A DNA stretch of 63,718 bases, filler included, from Lenisia limosa (taxonomy: Eukaryota; Protista; Breviatea), in assembly GCA_001655205.1 (NCBI GenBank). It is 12 parts of 12 records of this genome, joined end to end, with 100 filler letters (N's around TTAATTAATTAA, not from the genome) between each part and the next. Parts side by side here need not be neighbours in the genome. Positions count along the whole stretch, not along the records: positions 22,094 to 32,344 come from LPNZ01010072.1; positions 32,445 to 35,850 come from LPNZ01002552.1; positions 35,951 to 38,456 come from LPNZ01008327.1; positions 38,557 to 57,709 come from LPNZ01008573.1; 8 more parts are not named here. The stretch is one strand, 5' to 3'. Below the pieces are notes generated by a model. It saw only the letters and a program-made list of their open reading frames with translations, was not told the origin of the DNA and searched no databases. Both the position numbers and the translations under genes were made by a program. This document shows positions 27,001 through 39,842 of the stretch, piece by piece (within the stretch, counting starts at the first letter, position 1; each line of letters starts with the position of its first letter).

Positions 27001-27214
27001 GATATTGAATCAAGTAAATATTGTTACTCACAAAAAATCCATGGAGAAACAATGAAAGTAAAACTCATTACAAAGGGAAGGGGATGATCGAATAGTACGC
27101 TGTCGTCAGAGTCTATCGAAGTCGGAGAAAATAACAACGTCAAAGGTGCAAAAATATAATAAATAGATAACAGAAAAGTAACCAAGTTTTGAGGTATTGC
27201 TTGCTAGAGCTTCG

Positions 27215-30200
27215 ATGAGCCTGGCTCAGACCTCAACTTTTGAGAAGACCGTGATCCTATTAGGTGAGATCCTAATTACTCACCACATTGTTTATCAATA
27301 CGATCTGCTTCAACTTAAATTTAAGAAATTATGACATTGTTAACTGTAATTCAGCAATGTAGCAACGTGTTACAAAGTCGTTACTGACATGACCAAGCGT
27401 GTTGTGCAGGTAGGTAGCAACATGTCTGCTCCCTTGACGCTCTACCTTTGATGGCCTGCCCCGCACTCCCCCTTTTTTCAGTTCTCTTGTTAGTGGATTA
27501 GGGGGGGCCCTCCGTCAACTTCTGCAGTATACCTGTTCTCATTGAACTCATTGATGGTGGGAATTGGGGCATTCTTTAGTCGAAATTTGATAACTTTACG
27601 AGTTTATCATGACACATCATTACTTTTAGGCTTTCCATAGCAAAAACACTCCTGTTCAACCACATTGCTGCGTTGAAGTGCCCTGGCTGCCTGACAAATG
27701 AATCAGCTGTGGGGCTGACGTGTTAATCATCAATATTGAAGACGCCCGCTTTGGAAGGACATATGTGCCATTGGCCGTTTTCTCTTTTATTACAGGCTGT
27801 TGCTGTATCGATTTTTATTTGGTGATTTAAAAACATAATATTTTGATAGTGATAATGGGTGTTGCACTTTTGTCCAATGTAAAAAAGCAAACATATTTTA
27901 TCAACGCGCATCTCCCTTTTCCAACCTGTCTTTTGGGTACGTATATTCCTAGTTTTGTAATTTCCACTGCAGTGTCGACTTTTCCAAGTCACTCGTCTTC
28001 GGCAGGCAAGCCTGCTCACCCTTCGCCGGTATTGGACGCCCTGACACGTCACACTTCACCTTTATCTCGCCCCTCGGACTGTGAGAATATATTTATGTGA
28101 TCATCGTATTATAGACCACTCTTTTTAACCTTTATGATTAAGCTGATGAAATTTCATGACACATATCAGATATATGTAATTAAAATATTCAATTGGCAGC
28201 AGCGGCCTTTGACCTTTTGGTGGTGATTCCGGAAAGAAGGAGCCTTCTTCTCAACGTCGGAAATGAATCTGGTACCTCCATCTTTGAATAGGTGTTGTTA
28301 CCTTGAAATTGTAGCAGTAAAGCCACGTTTCCCCCATATTTCAGAGCTGTTTGGCATTATGTTCGCCTCATGTTTCCCTGTCCNNNNNNNNNNNNNNNNN
28401 NNNNNNNNNNNNNNNNNNNNNNNNNNNNNNNNNNNNNNNNNNNNNNNNNNNNNNNNNNNNNNNNNNNNNNNNNNNNNNNNNNNNNNNNNNNNNNNNNNNN
28501 NNNNNNNNNNNNNNNNNNNNNNNNNNNNNNNNAAGAGATATCATTCAAAACCAAATCTTGCCATCGTGATTTATTGATACCGTACTGTGTTGCCTATATT
28601 ATTTTACTCTTATAATCATATAATGCCAAACCTCCGTTGATGTCGGACATGGGGGTGACAATATCTTGGGGTGCTCTTTGGACTGGCGGCGGTAAACCAG
28701 AAATATGGTGCATACAGACACAGAAGAGGGTGAGTTGGCTGAATTGTTAAGATGATAGCGCTGTGAATAGTAAAAAAAATAATAAAGCAATGTACTAAAT
28801 CTAATGAAGCAGACCTCCCCCCCCCCCCNNNNNNNNNNNNNNNNNNNNNNNNNNNNNNNNNNNNNNNNNNNNNNNNNNNNNNNNNNNNNNNNNNNNNNNN
28901 NNNNNNNNNNNNNNNNNNNNNNNNNNNNNNNNNNNNNNNNNNNNNNNNNNNCCGTGACCTGGATTATAAAACTTCCTTTTGTATTTTTGTCACACCAATA
29001 ATTGACTTAATAGAGAAAAAACTTGATCCGTAATTCACATTTTATTCCAAGTTGGAGAATACTAAAATAGTGTACAAAACCGACATCAAATAAGAACTGC
29101 CACTTTCCAGACAATTTTAAGACGGAAAACAGGTTGACCACCCAAAATAACTGATACTAATAAAATTACCCACATCAACATCTCCGACTTCAGGATGGAT
29201 TGAGGGGTCTGTGATTGTGGGCACTGAGTCCTACACGGTATAAAATTTTATTTTTAGACATAAAATGGGAGGTAATGCCAAATAGAAATCAAACATCATT
29301 TTTTCCGTCTCTTTCAGCAGAAGCAAAAGAGGACAAGAAAGTATTCTCAATAGAGTAGAACTAAATCACGTCTATTTAATAAACGCAACATTTTCTGGTG
29401 CTTTTGGATCCTTAGTAGCTCCCATGACGAACCTGGAATGAGAACAGCTTGCGAGCTTCCCTTATGGGTGGCGCTCTTTGCGAATCCGTCCGCTATAAAA
29501 TTAGAAGAAGAAAATGAGAACTCTCTGAGTCCACATTTATTCCTCTTAATCACATCTGTAAAACAAAATAAGGATGTATTATATGGGCGAAGCCATCCAC
29601 ACCATCACGCTTATGAAAGACATTGAATTATATGTAGGAAATGGGGTTACCGTAACCATAAGTCTCACTTCAATTTGCTAAAAGTAAAACCCCCCCACTG
29701 GCCGAGGTGCTGTGGTCACTTTCGACTCTGAGAGGCCAAAAATACTGCCCAAAAAGCCCTTAACCTGGGGGTAGGGTGAGTTAAGTTATTGAGGAATGGG
29801 AGGAGGGGGGTATATATCAAAAAAACAAAACAAAAAAAAAAACATGAAGTAATTATGTTATGAATAAAACTTGTTCATATTAAGAACATACTATATCTCA
29901 AACGAATATTACGAAAAAAAGGACGGAGGGTTTTTTTTTTAAAAAAACAGCCTATTCCTTTGCATTTACATGTTACTATAATAAAGGGATAAAAAGGGTG
30001 TTGCAAAAAAAAAAAGCCCAGAATAACAAAATACTTCTAAAACAAAACTCTTACTCCCAGCATTTTAATAATCTCTTTTGCAGCACTTTGAGAGGCCCTT
30101 ATAATCATAATTCCACGGCTAACCAGCTTTCCAGCTTCGTTCCAAATGACCGACATGTCAAGGGTGCGACCAAGTGTAGCGGATTGGGGCGTATTCGGTG

Positions 30201-30790
30201 AAGGCCTATGTGATTAGCTTGGAGCAGCATGGCGAAATTGGAAGCAATGCAGACGTACAGCCCTCACAAGAGTTTCACCCCTCCCCAATTTTTATTTACT
30301 TTTTCAAAAGACGCCTAATAAAAATAAATTTGAAATGAGAACAAGGTAAAATAAATAATAATAAAAATAATAATAGTAGTAATCATAAAAAAAATATACT
30401 ATATAAAAAATATAACAATAATACAAGAACCCCCCACAAAGGCGACACATAAATGTCATTCTCCACAGCCTCCTTGATGCACAAAATCAGCCAAGCGTGA
30501 ATGTACACAGCTGTCTATGCGGGTGAAATAATTGCTAGAGAAGGGAGAAATATTATTTTAAAAAAACGTCTTTAGCAGCATTATGAATATTAGACTGGCA
30601 TTCTGGGGGGAAAGATAGGGGAAGCAATATTAGCGCCTAGTCAACTAGGAGTTCAAAAAATATCAAGTAAAGCCTTTTGTTCCCATTCCTCTAAAATCAC
30701 CAACTTTTATTCTATCAAGAACAAGCTGGATACGCTGAGCTAAGGAGTCTTCAGACCTATTGGAAAAAGTGAGAAGAGATATTTAGTCAC
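27215..30790 (+). CDS. Unidentified multi-exon gene
   Basis: ATG 27215 MSLAQTSTFEKTVILL then GT; exons NVATCYKVVTDMTKRVVQ, VDFSKSLVFGRQACSPFAGIGRPDTSHFTFISPLG, AAFDLLVVIPERRSLLLNVGNES, GWIEGSVIVGTESYT and GYAELRSLQTYWKK. Confidence 0.5.
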
Positions 30791-31172
30791 AATGCACACG
30801 GTATAGTTGTAATTTTCCTATCATCTTTTCAATATCGAAAACAACAGAGCCGTCTTTCAAATACGCGTAGAAAAAAATCCGCTGAATTATCCCCAGGAAC
30901 CAACTTTTTGTTGGTTGGAAGGCGCATACTCTCCTAAACGATTAGATCAAAACAGGAGGTAAAGATTCACCACTATGATGGAGGACTAGACACCCCACCC
31001 CCCTACTGCCAACGCCAAGAAGTGGGCTTGGTGATATAATTATATTGATATGTGTACTCCTCTCCCCTATCACATATTATACTATACAGACATGTATTTA
31101 TTGTTTCCCAAGATTTCTAATAGTATACCGTACATATAATTATTTCTCTTGCTTAAAAAAGAGATATCTTAC

Positions 31173-34100
31173 CCTACCCACAGAGACAGCCTCCTCCAGA
31201 CACGTCGCCAGATTGGACGTTAAACTGCCGGCAACACTGTCAACTTCACGGTCAAGGTTTCCAAGTCTTGCCAGTGCCGCTACTGACTGACGAATGGTGG
31301 CTGGGGGGGGGGGGGTAAAANNNNNNNNNNNNNNNNNNNNNNNNNNNNNNNNNNNNNNNNNNNNNNNNNNNNNNNNNNNNNNNNNNNNNNNNNNNNNNNN
31401 NNNNNNNNNNNNNNNNNNNNNNNNNNNNNNNNNGTCGCTTCTACAGCACCACATCCACCAATTATGAAGCAGAAAAAAACAAAAAAAACAATATAGACTC
31501 ACTAGACCCATATTGTTAACAATTATATGTTACCTCCTTCCATTTATCTTAACACAGGTCTCCACAAACATAGTACACCCGTAGGCTCAAGCTGATCCGA
31601 AATGTCTCTCCTCAATAATGATGTGAAATCTTCGACAGAAAAAGCGCATGTGAATTCTGCAGAGTTTAAGTTAGGAGAAGACAAGGGAACAGAACAGTGC
31701 GGAATAAATACATGATAAAAAGTGATTCTACAAAAAGCCAGCTTAAAGATAAATAAACTGATTAAAACCGAGGTCTAGTCATAGCATAGCAAGAAGGTTT
31801 GGAAGGTCATCTCATTTCGACATCATATATCTGGCAAATTGTTTTCTAATGACAATGCTAAGGCCCATCCATATTTATTTCTGACTTAGAGAATAGTATT
31901 GTATTATTTTTTCAACTCACCTTGAAAATTAATATTATATATGATATACAATACTATTGATGGTGCACTATGAATAACAATTAATAAAACTGGAACTTCT
32001 AGAAAACTCCGACAAGAAGCTGCAGTAAACAAGGACACCATACTCTCCCACCTTTATCTCCATTTTTATTCTGATTGTTCTGTTTGTGCTGGTTCTCCAC
32101 AAGCAAGAGGGCGTGCCGGGGTAAAGTCGAAGCACGGAGGGTATGGTGCCTGGGGGTACAGGAAATTAGATATGATAATTATTATACTATGATAACCCAT
32201 TGTATATAGAAATTCCACATCTATGTGGACGGGCGGGGGTATATAAATGCATACACAGGGGGAAGGCCCTGGGCGACTATGCGGCTGAACTCTATTGCCT
32301 CGGGACTAAGAACGCAGATGTTGCTGACTATGGCCAATGAAAGANNNNNNNNNNNNNNNNNNNNNNNNNNNNNNNNNNNNNNNNNNNNTTAATTAATTAA
32401 NNNNNNNNNNNNNNNNNNNNNNNNNNNNNNNNNNNNNNNNNNNNGGAAATTGATGAAACAAAAAAGAGCCCAAATCAAAGAGCAAAGCCATATTCCCACA
32501 AGAGTGATTCAGTATTGGGCACATACCTGTCTACTAGCGGAGTATCTATCAGCCTCGGCCTGGATCGCCAGGATCCATTGGTTCGCCAGGAGAGCGGACA
32601 TATCGTCGAGGGTTGTGTCGTTCTAGGGGGAGGGGGGGGGAGTAAAATTGGAAAATTAATGAAACAAAAAAACCTAAATCAACTCTGTNNNNNNNNNNNN
32701 NNNNNNNNNNNNNNNNNNNNNNNNNNNNNNNNNNNNNNNNNNNNNNNNNNNNNNNNNNNNNNNNNNNNNNNNNNNNNNNNNNNNNNNNNNNNNNNNNNNN
32801 NNNNNNNNNNNNNNNNNNNNNNNNNNNNNNNNNNNNNNNNNNNNNNNNNACAAAAACAAAAACAAAAAAAAAAAGCAAGAGCCCAGAATCAACTCTGTTG
32901 GCAAGCATTTGAGAAACACGAGGGTTAAAACACAAAACAAAGCCCATTGAGATCGAATATGTTCAAGGATCGCTCGAGAATTCGGCCTTTTTGGGACTGT
33001 TGTTGCCCTAGTCACTACATGGCTCAAGACAACTCTAACTCCTTAACAGGTCCCAATGACCCTTGCAAACACAAAAGGTAAAGCTTGCGATCAATGGAAT
33101 CCATGATATGGGAAGAAATAGATGACTCGCAAATGCTTCGAGGACTTCACTTCGGTTCGAAAAAAGACTGAATTTCTCGATAAATCCTCGAAAACTATCG
33201 ATATTTTACCGGTCTTTTTCGAACCGAAGTGAAGCCCAAGATATATCAGAAGGAAATTAGTTCTTCAATGTGCTGTTGCCTCCAGAAAATACCGTATTAG
33301 CTCCTAACACAGCCAACTCCCTAACAAGTCACCTTCCTTACACGACCAACTCCCTAACACGTCCAGTGACCAGCCTACTTGTAAAGATTGGCGAACTTGG
33401 TCTATGTCTTCCCGCCATTGGTCACAGCTGTCAAATTGCTGGGTCTAAAAGGTGGGTGACAATTGAATACAAGATCAAAGGTATGAGCCTTTTTCTGCTT
33501 ATCTAAAAATGGTGGCTCTATAAAAAAAAGATATGTATTTACAAAAATTAACCTTTTATTATAATTTTGTTCATTAAATAATACCACTTTTATCACTTTT
33601 TATTTTTAACTACAGACGCTGCCCCCTTTTTAGACGAGCCATATTTCTTTGGGTCAAGGGGATCAAGTCGAGGGGTTCACCTTGAATTCCAGGATCAGAG
33701 ATCTCAGAATAGCGTCTCCTTCACTCGACTCCCTTTCGGGGTGCGGCATTGAGTTGAATTGGTCCTGAATAGTTATTGGTCCTGAAAATTTACTGAGTTA
33801 AATTGGTCCTAAATAGTCAGTCCTGGATTTCTTCGACCTCCTTGGATGATAAAAAAAATAAAATAAAAAAAAAATATATATAAATAAAAAAAATGAAATA
33901 AAAAAAATAATCAAAAGATCAAAATAGAGCTGCCGCCTTAAGGTCTGTTTTTGTCTGAACAAAGCAAACAGATTAGCGTGTATTGTTGTTTATAGTACAT
34001 AGAGATGAGAAATAAAACAAGGTTGCATATGTACCTGAAACGAGTTGATCGCCATTGAAAGGCCCTCTTCTTTGGAGCACGCCACGTGGAAAGTGTTACG

Positions 34101-35622
34101 CAGCGACGCGACATGGCGCACAAACCTCTCGGAAATACTACGTGGTAAGACATTTATCGATATTTATCGAAAGTTAATAGAGGGTCATTTGGGGCTTAGA
34201 CAAAGCAAAACATCATAAAATTGTCCTATTTGGATTCAGTCTGTGTCATTAATCAATCGTGCAATATGATTGTGTCTATAACAAATCAACATTAAAGAAA
34301 AGATTCAATTCTCTAACTGTTATAGATGTTTAATATATTACATTTCTCTTTTATTGTTAACAACAAAAGCGACATTACAAGGCCAATTTGCTAACCATCT
34401 CAATCCGCGGAAGCTGTTTTTGAGCATATCTAAGTAGGCCACTTCGGACACATTCCAGGAGTCGGCAATGATTTTGGCGGTACCTTCGGCAAGAGGCTTC
34501 TCCTCCACAATCGCTGACGTCACCGTTTCATCCTGGTTGCGTTAGTTTGTCAGATCGCTACATTTTCACATAACCTAGTTTATCATATATTAAAATCATA
34601 TAGACATTAAAATCTTTCATATTTATCGAGCTATTGCCCCTGCTCAAAAATATGCCCGAAAACTGTTACAAAGCCCTGTTTTCCACTAATAAGACCCCCA
34701 CCACCCTTTGTTTCCTATAATAACCCCCTCGCACCTTTTGGTCTGTCTTTCTCCTGCCTGCGGTGCGGCGAGCATCTCGACTCTGAAATGTCAAAAAAAC
34801 AGCAAAAAATAAAATGAAAATAAAAACAGCAAAGTATGAAACAACAATCAAAACAAAAAAAAAACTTTGAAGGTCACTACAAGTGGATATTAATAATGGT
34901 TCAATATTTTCCTCTCACAGCATACGTCACAATTACAACACCTCTCTCTAATCTTTGTATAGTTTGTACCCCCTTTATTGTTATTATTGTTATTATTATT
35001 TTATTATAAATAAACATCCAAAAACAGACCTCTAGCCTCCTATTAGCCTTGCTCTTCTTATTAACATATGATATAGTATGTATATTATATTTTTTTATAA
35101 ATAAACTCTTTCAAAAGCAGACCTCGAGCCTCCTATTAGCCTTGCCCTTCTTATTGCCAATAGTCGGAACCGGTGAGGGACAGGGCGTTTCTTCATCTTC
35201 TTTTTCGGCTTCTTCGGCAAGACGCTTGGCCTCGGCTTCGGCCTGAGCGGTTAGGTCAATGTTTTGGAGCTTTGGAGCAAAATGTGGTGGTAATATGGAG
35301 AGATGGAGATTGCATCAGGCCAAAGCCGTGTGGCTATAATTATGTTGAACGCAGTGATTGCTTTATATGACGTAGTAATTCTTTTTAACGGTTAAATTGC
35401 TTTGAGTGCTTTACAATGATTGGGTGAAAAAAAAAAAAATGCAATTCTATAATCTAATATTTCTTACTAGCGTAATGGTGTGGACAGCTTTTGCCAGACA
35501 CAACCTTATTTTATTTATCCTTTATAACAAAAGTCTGGCAAAATATCGCTCACCTCTTCCTTTTCAAGCTGCAGTTGCGCCTCCGCCTCACGCGCTTCCT
35601 CCTCCTCTCTCAACGCCTTCTC
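31173..35622 (-). CDS. SPEF2: SPEF2/CPC1 homologue (axonemal central-pair protein), internal part
   Basis: Spliced peptide KIIADSWNVSEVAYLDMLKNSFRGLRCISERFVRHVASLRNTFHVACSKEEGLSMAINSFQDQFNSMPHPERESSEGDAILRSLILEFK..FDSCDQWREDIDQVRQSL..NDTTLDDMSALLANQWILAIQAEADRY is colinear with the conserved SPEF2 mid region as I recall it; preceded by Glu/Ala-rich coiled-coil exons. Confidence 0.75.
33142..33237. mobile_element. MITE family A full copy (opposite orientation) in a SPEF2 intron
   Basis: Both TIRs present. Confidence 0.8.
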
Positions 35623-36899
35623 CTACATCATCAGAATAAGTTCTTACTCTCTCTAAATGCCTTTTCCTACGTGTACTATTTGTATTGTTCTTCCTTCATT
35701 AATTGATACACTTACATTCTTGTTCTTAAAAATAAAGGCATCAGAAGAAATTCTTCTGTTATAACTTGAGCTTCCCTACGGCCCGAATAAGACCATCAAA
35801 ATAGCAATATTATCGAGGATTTCTCGAAAATTTCTGAAACCCGTCCCAGANNNNNNNNNNNNNNNNNNNNNNNNNNNNNNNNNNNNNNNNNNNNTTAATT
35901 AATTAANNNNNNNNNNNNNNNNNNNNNNNNNNNNNNNNNNNNNNNNNNNNTCAACAGAAAACTCCGAGTAACAAAAGGAAGACAACCACGAGCAAAAAAA
36001 ACGAGAGGTATTTCGATTGGAAAAGACTTGAACCAGATTTTTTTACTTTTCCAGTGGTTTCCCTGGAAAAATAAGTGAATTTTCTGGAAAAAGTTTTTTG
36101 CTGGGAAAATACAGAATTTTCAAGAACAAATTTNNNNNNNNNNNNNNNNNNNNNNNNNNNNNNNNNNNNNNNNNNNNNNNNNNNNNNNNNNNNNNNNNNN
36201 NNNNNNNNNNNNNNNNNNNNNNNNNNNNNNNNNNNNNNNNNNNNNNNNNNNNNNNNNNNNNNNNNNNNNNNNNNNNNNNNNNNNNNNNNNNNNNNNNNNN
36301 NNNNNNNNNNNNNNNNNNNNNNNNNNNNNNNNNNNNNNNNNNNNNNNNNNNNNNNNNNNNNNNNNNNNNNGAAAATAGTGTTTTTTTTTATTTCGATTGG
36401 CTGTAAATCGGCACAAAATTTCAACGAAACAGACTCATCTGAACCTTCTAGACCCAGAAACTCCAGTGTTCTGGGGTTTGTGTTTAACTTAATACAAAGA
36501 TTTTCTTCGAGATGTCACCAAGAGTTTCAAACCTATCAAAAAAATTGTTCCGCTCAAAACAGTATCTGGTTTGAAGAATGACTTTTCCAGTATTCTAAAA
36601 ACTATTTCAAATTATCTTGACATCGCCTTTATGGATAACAAAACAAAAGAGAACCGAGTTTTGTTGAACCAGGGGGAATCTATAACCAATTACTCCGAGG
36701 GGTATAATTTTTTGTTTCTTAACACTAAAAAGAGGGATAGATTTAGAAAAAATCCCGTGAAAAGGCAAAAGGAGCCACCCCCGGGAGACCAAATTCACGG
36801 ATTTTTGACACTTGCTCAAAATTGAAAAAAAAAGTTGGGGAACATTAAGAGGTCATTTTCTCTATATGTATATCTGTCGAACCAGTTTTGTATTAAACA

Positions 36900-38270
36900 C
36901 TACCGTTGACCCATACAAGGGGTCAACTTCAAGCTGTCCTGGGAGTTTTGCTGTCTAGTGAATTTTGAATGCTGTCCGGAGCTTTGAGGACCCACATATA
37001 TGATATGTATATATACACACAATGATATGGCAAAAAGGGGGGGGGGGCATACAAGTTGCTGTGACTCAATATCATTAGACGGAGGAAGCATATCAAGGCG
37101 GAGGTGTGGCGGCGACTTCAGGTTCAAAATCTCCAAATCTACCAGGTTAGCCGCATAACTAAGTATTTCAAACGGACAAAAAGGAAGGTGAATATTTGAA
37201 GCGATTAAACTATGGAAACAATCAAAAATCTTTGCACGAAACTCACGTGTATGTGATGAACGCGGTAATTCGGTCAGTGGAGCCGGGAAGAGGGGTGCGG
37301 CTGAGTCAAGGGGAAAAACTGTCCAGTAAACGAATGTAAAAATGTTCACATGTTAAGTGGCAATGGTTCAGCCCAAGTTGGCCCATACCGGGAGGAGAGG
37401 CGATGAGGGGTTGCAACAGTTGGGCACATTGAATCACAGTAGAATCGAAGAGAGCTGGGTCAGGATCCTACAATAGTGTAAGCTAATGAAAACAAATACA
37501 AACAGAATGTTGCATAAAAAATAATCCGAAAAAGCGAAAGTTGGGCCAACTCTGTTGTAGTCGTGTAGTAAGCACGCAAGCCGGCCCATTTCAATGCCTT
37601 CGGAAGCGATGGGATCGGATAGAATATCGGAAGTGACGTCAACATCCGATGGGAAGAAAAGGAGATCTTGTTCGGGACTAAAGGAATCAAAAGAGAGAAC
37701 ATTAGCAGCATAAGGACAATTCCAACCAGGAAACCAGTGGGAGAAATGATGGGGGTGGGAGTCTAAGCTACACAGTGTTTGATACAAAATATTGATGCTA
37801 TGAGAAACAAGTGAAGTATTATTACAATTCGAACATTGTTTCCCCTACCTTGGTAAAAGTTCCGGATCCGGGCTGAAGAACAAGGACTCCAACGGCGACG
37901 GCGGCGAAAGAGCGTCGTCGTGCTAATGATGAGAATGGAAGAGCGATTAACCAAAAGAGTGTCTTAGTGTTAATGATGAGAATGGAAGAGCGGTTAACCA
38001 AAAGAGAGTCAAGGTATGTGATATGTTGATTTCGGTTTCAACCCATCTGATGGGTATACACTGATATCATTGACTTCTCACCTCTATGGTATCCAGAAGC
38101 ACCTCAGGTGACGAAAACACATCTTTGTGTTCTTGTGGCTCATCAGGGTCACCAAGGTCGCCACAAACTGATCCTTCCGAATGCTCAGATAGGCCCGGTT
38201 CTTCCAAATCGGGAGGTGGAAATTCGTTTTTGTGTTGATCAGGTATTGCGGATTTAGCGATGGTGGGCAT
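36900..38270 (-). CDS. Unidentified Pro/Ser/Asp-rich multi-exon gene segment (does not resemble the conserved CNOT3 continuation)
   Basis: Six phase-compatible exons: MPTIAKSAIPD..DTIE / HDDALSPPSPLE.. / PEQDLLFFPSD..DYNR / DPDPALFDS.. / VFPLDSAAP.. / LEILNLKSPPH.. Confidence 0.55.
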
Positions 38271-38635
38271 CTAGGGAGGAGGGGTAAATGAAAACACAGG
38301 GGAAGTTCAAATCAGCAGAACACCGTAATGATGGAATGTTGAGTGATAACTATCTCCTTGATGGGATATGTTCTGGAATAATAAAACCCAAAAAAATAAA
38401 ATAGTACGTAATTCTCTCTCCCCCCCCCTTCCATACTTTGAATGGGGCCTCCGGAGNNNNNNNNNNNNNNNNNNNNNNNNNNNNNNNNNNNNNNNNNNNN
38501 TTAATTAATTAANNNNNNNNNNNNNNNNNNNNNNNNNNNNNNNNNNNNNNNNNNNNAAACATGATCCTTTATGTCGGTTTGCCTTGAAAAAGTTAAGATA
38601 TAACAACGAGAAAAGGAAGCGCAAGTGGATCAGAC

Positions 38636-39077
38636 CTGGTTCTTTGCTTTATCTTGAGGTGTTTCATTGGAGCGTTCGAGACCCTCCTTGCTGTAGGCCT
38701 TCGTTTTTGATTCCCTTTCAACATTTTTGAACCTCTCCATGAGCTGAAGGCCGGTAAGAGGATAAAACAGGAAGAAAGTCCTACATTTTCAATCCCTTTC
38801 CTGGCTTCCAAAAGAGGCCTCTTGTCTTTGATGTCCGCTGAGGAGATCCATTGCTTGATTTGGTCCCTATGCTTCTGAAGCTTCTTGATCTCTCGCTTCA
38901 ACTCAGCCTAAAACCATCATAATTTATCGTTTATCGCAGTACTAGCCTAAAATCCAGCCGGTCTCACCTCAGAACGATCTTTGGAATTCTGTGAAGTCGC
39001 ATTGTGGACACGATCCCATATCTGTTCAAAAGTCTCCTTTCCTTCATTGATTTTTTTCAATGTCTTTTCAATTTCCC
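38636..39077 (-). CDS. CNOT3: CCR4-NOT subunit NOT3/5, N-terminal coiled-coil region; truncated by the gap at 38457
   Basis: [34 protein letters not shown] / [39 protein letters not shown] / [21 protein letters not shown], the hallmark NOT3 N-terminus. Confidence 0.93.
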
Positions 39078-39842
39078 CTAGACAGATGAAAAAAAGCACC
39101 ATGGTATTAGGTGAATACCTTGCAATCTTCTGGAGGACGACATACTCCAAATTTATCAAACTATTATGATTTAATCCTTATTTTCATGGATACTACTTTG
39201 AAAGATCTACTAAACTTGGTTCCAAAACAAAAAGGCGATTGTAAGTAAGGTGATCAACTAGCCTAGTCCAGAAAGAGTGATTGGAACAAACTAAAGTCTA
39301 ACTAACTCACTTTCAGCTGAAATTGTGAAAATTTAGTGAAAACATGAAATTCGGTTTTTGAATAGTACCTAAATTCGTAAATATATATTTTGCCACCTTC
39401 CCCGAGCCGGGTTCCTGGACCCCCCCNNNNNNNNNNNNNNNNNNNNNNNNNNNNNNNNNNNNNNNNNNNNNNNNNNNNNNNNNNNNNNNNNNNNNNNNNN
39501 NNNNNATAGATCTTCCTTATACTACCAATGACTAACTTCACAGCGATTCTGCCCTGATCTCAACCTGATCTTGTTATAAATGCACATTAGTAACAATTTT
39601 TACGTGTCAGATAAGCGATTAGGCTTCCCCCTTCTGCACCAAGTTGGATTTCCATTTCCATGCAAAAACAGGCCTGTCATTCCAAGTCCCTGTCTTTTCA
39701 AAATACCATATAAGTAGCCGTTTCTGAAATGTCAGTCAAACTATTTGCAACAATTTAACACAGCTTTTTCGTTGTTGTATCACTTCATTATCTTCTTTCC
39801 AAGCATTCATTCCCATCCTCTATTCCTCCCTGGCCTTTCAAC

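Noticed and set aside
36900-38270. Assigning these exons to CNOT3
   Set aside because: They lack the conserved NOT3 continuation and NOT box and are separated from it by an unknown-length spacer.
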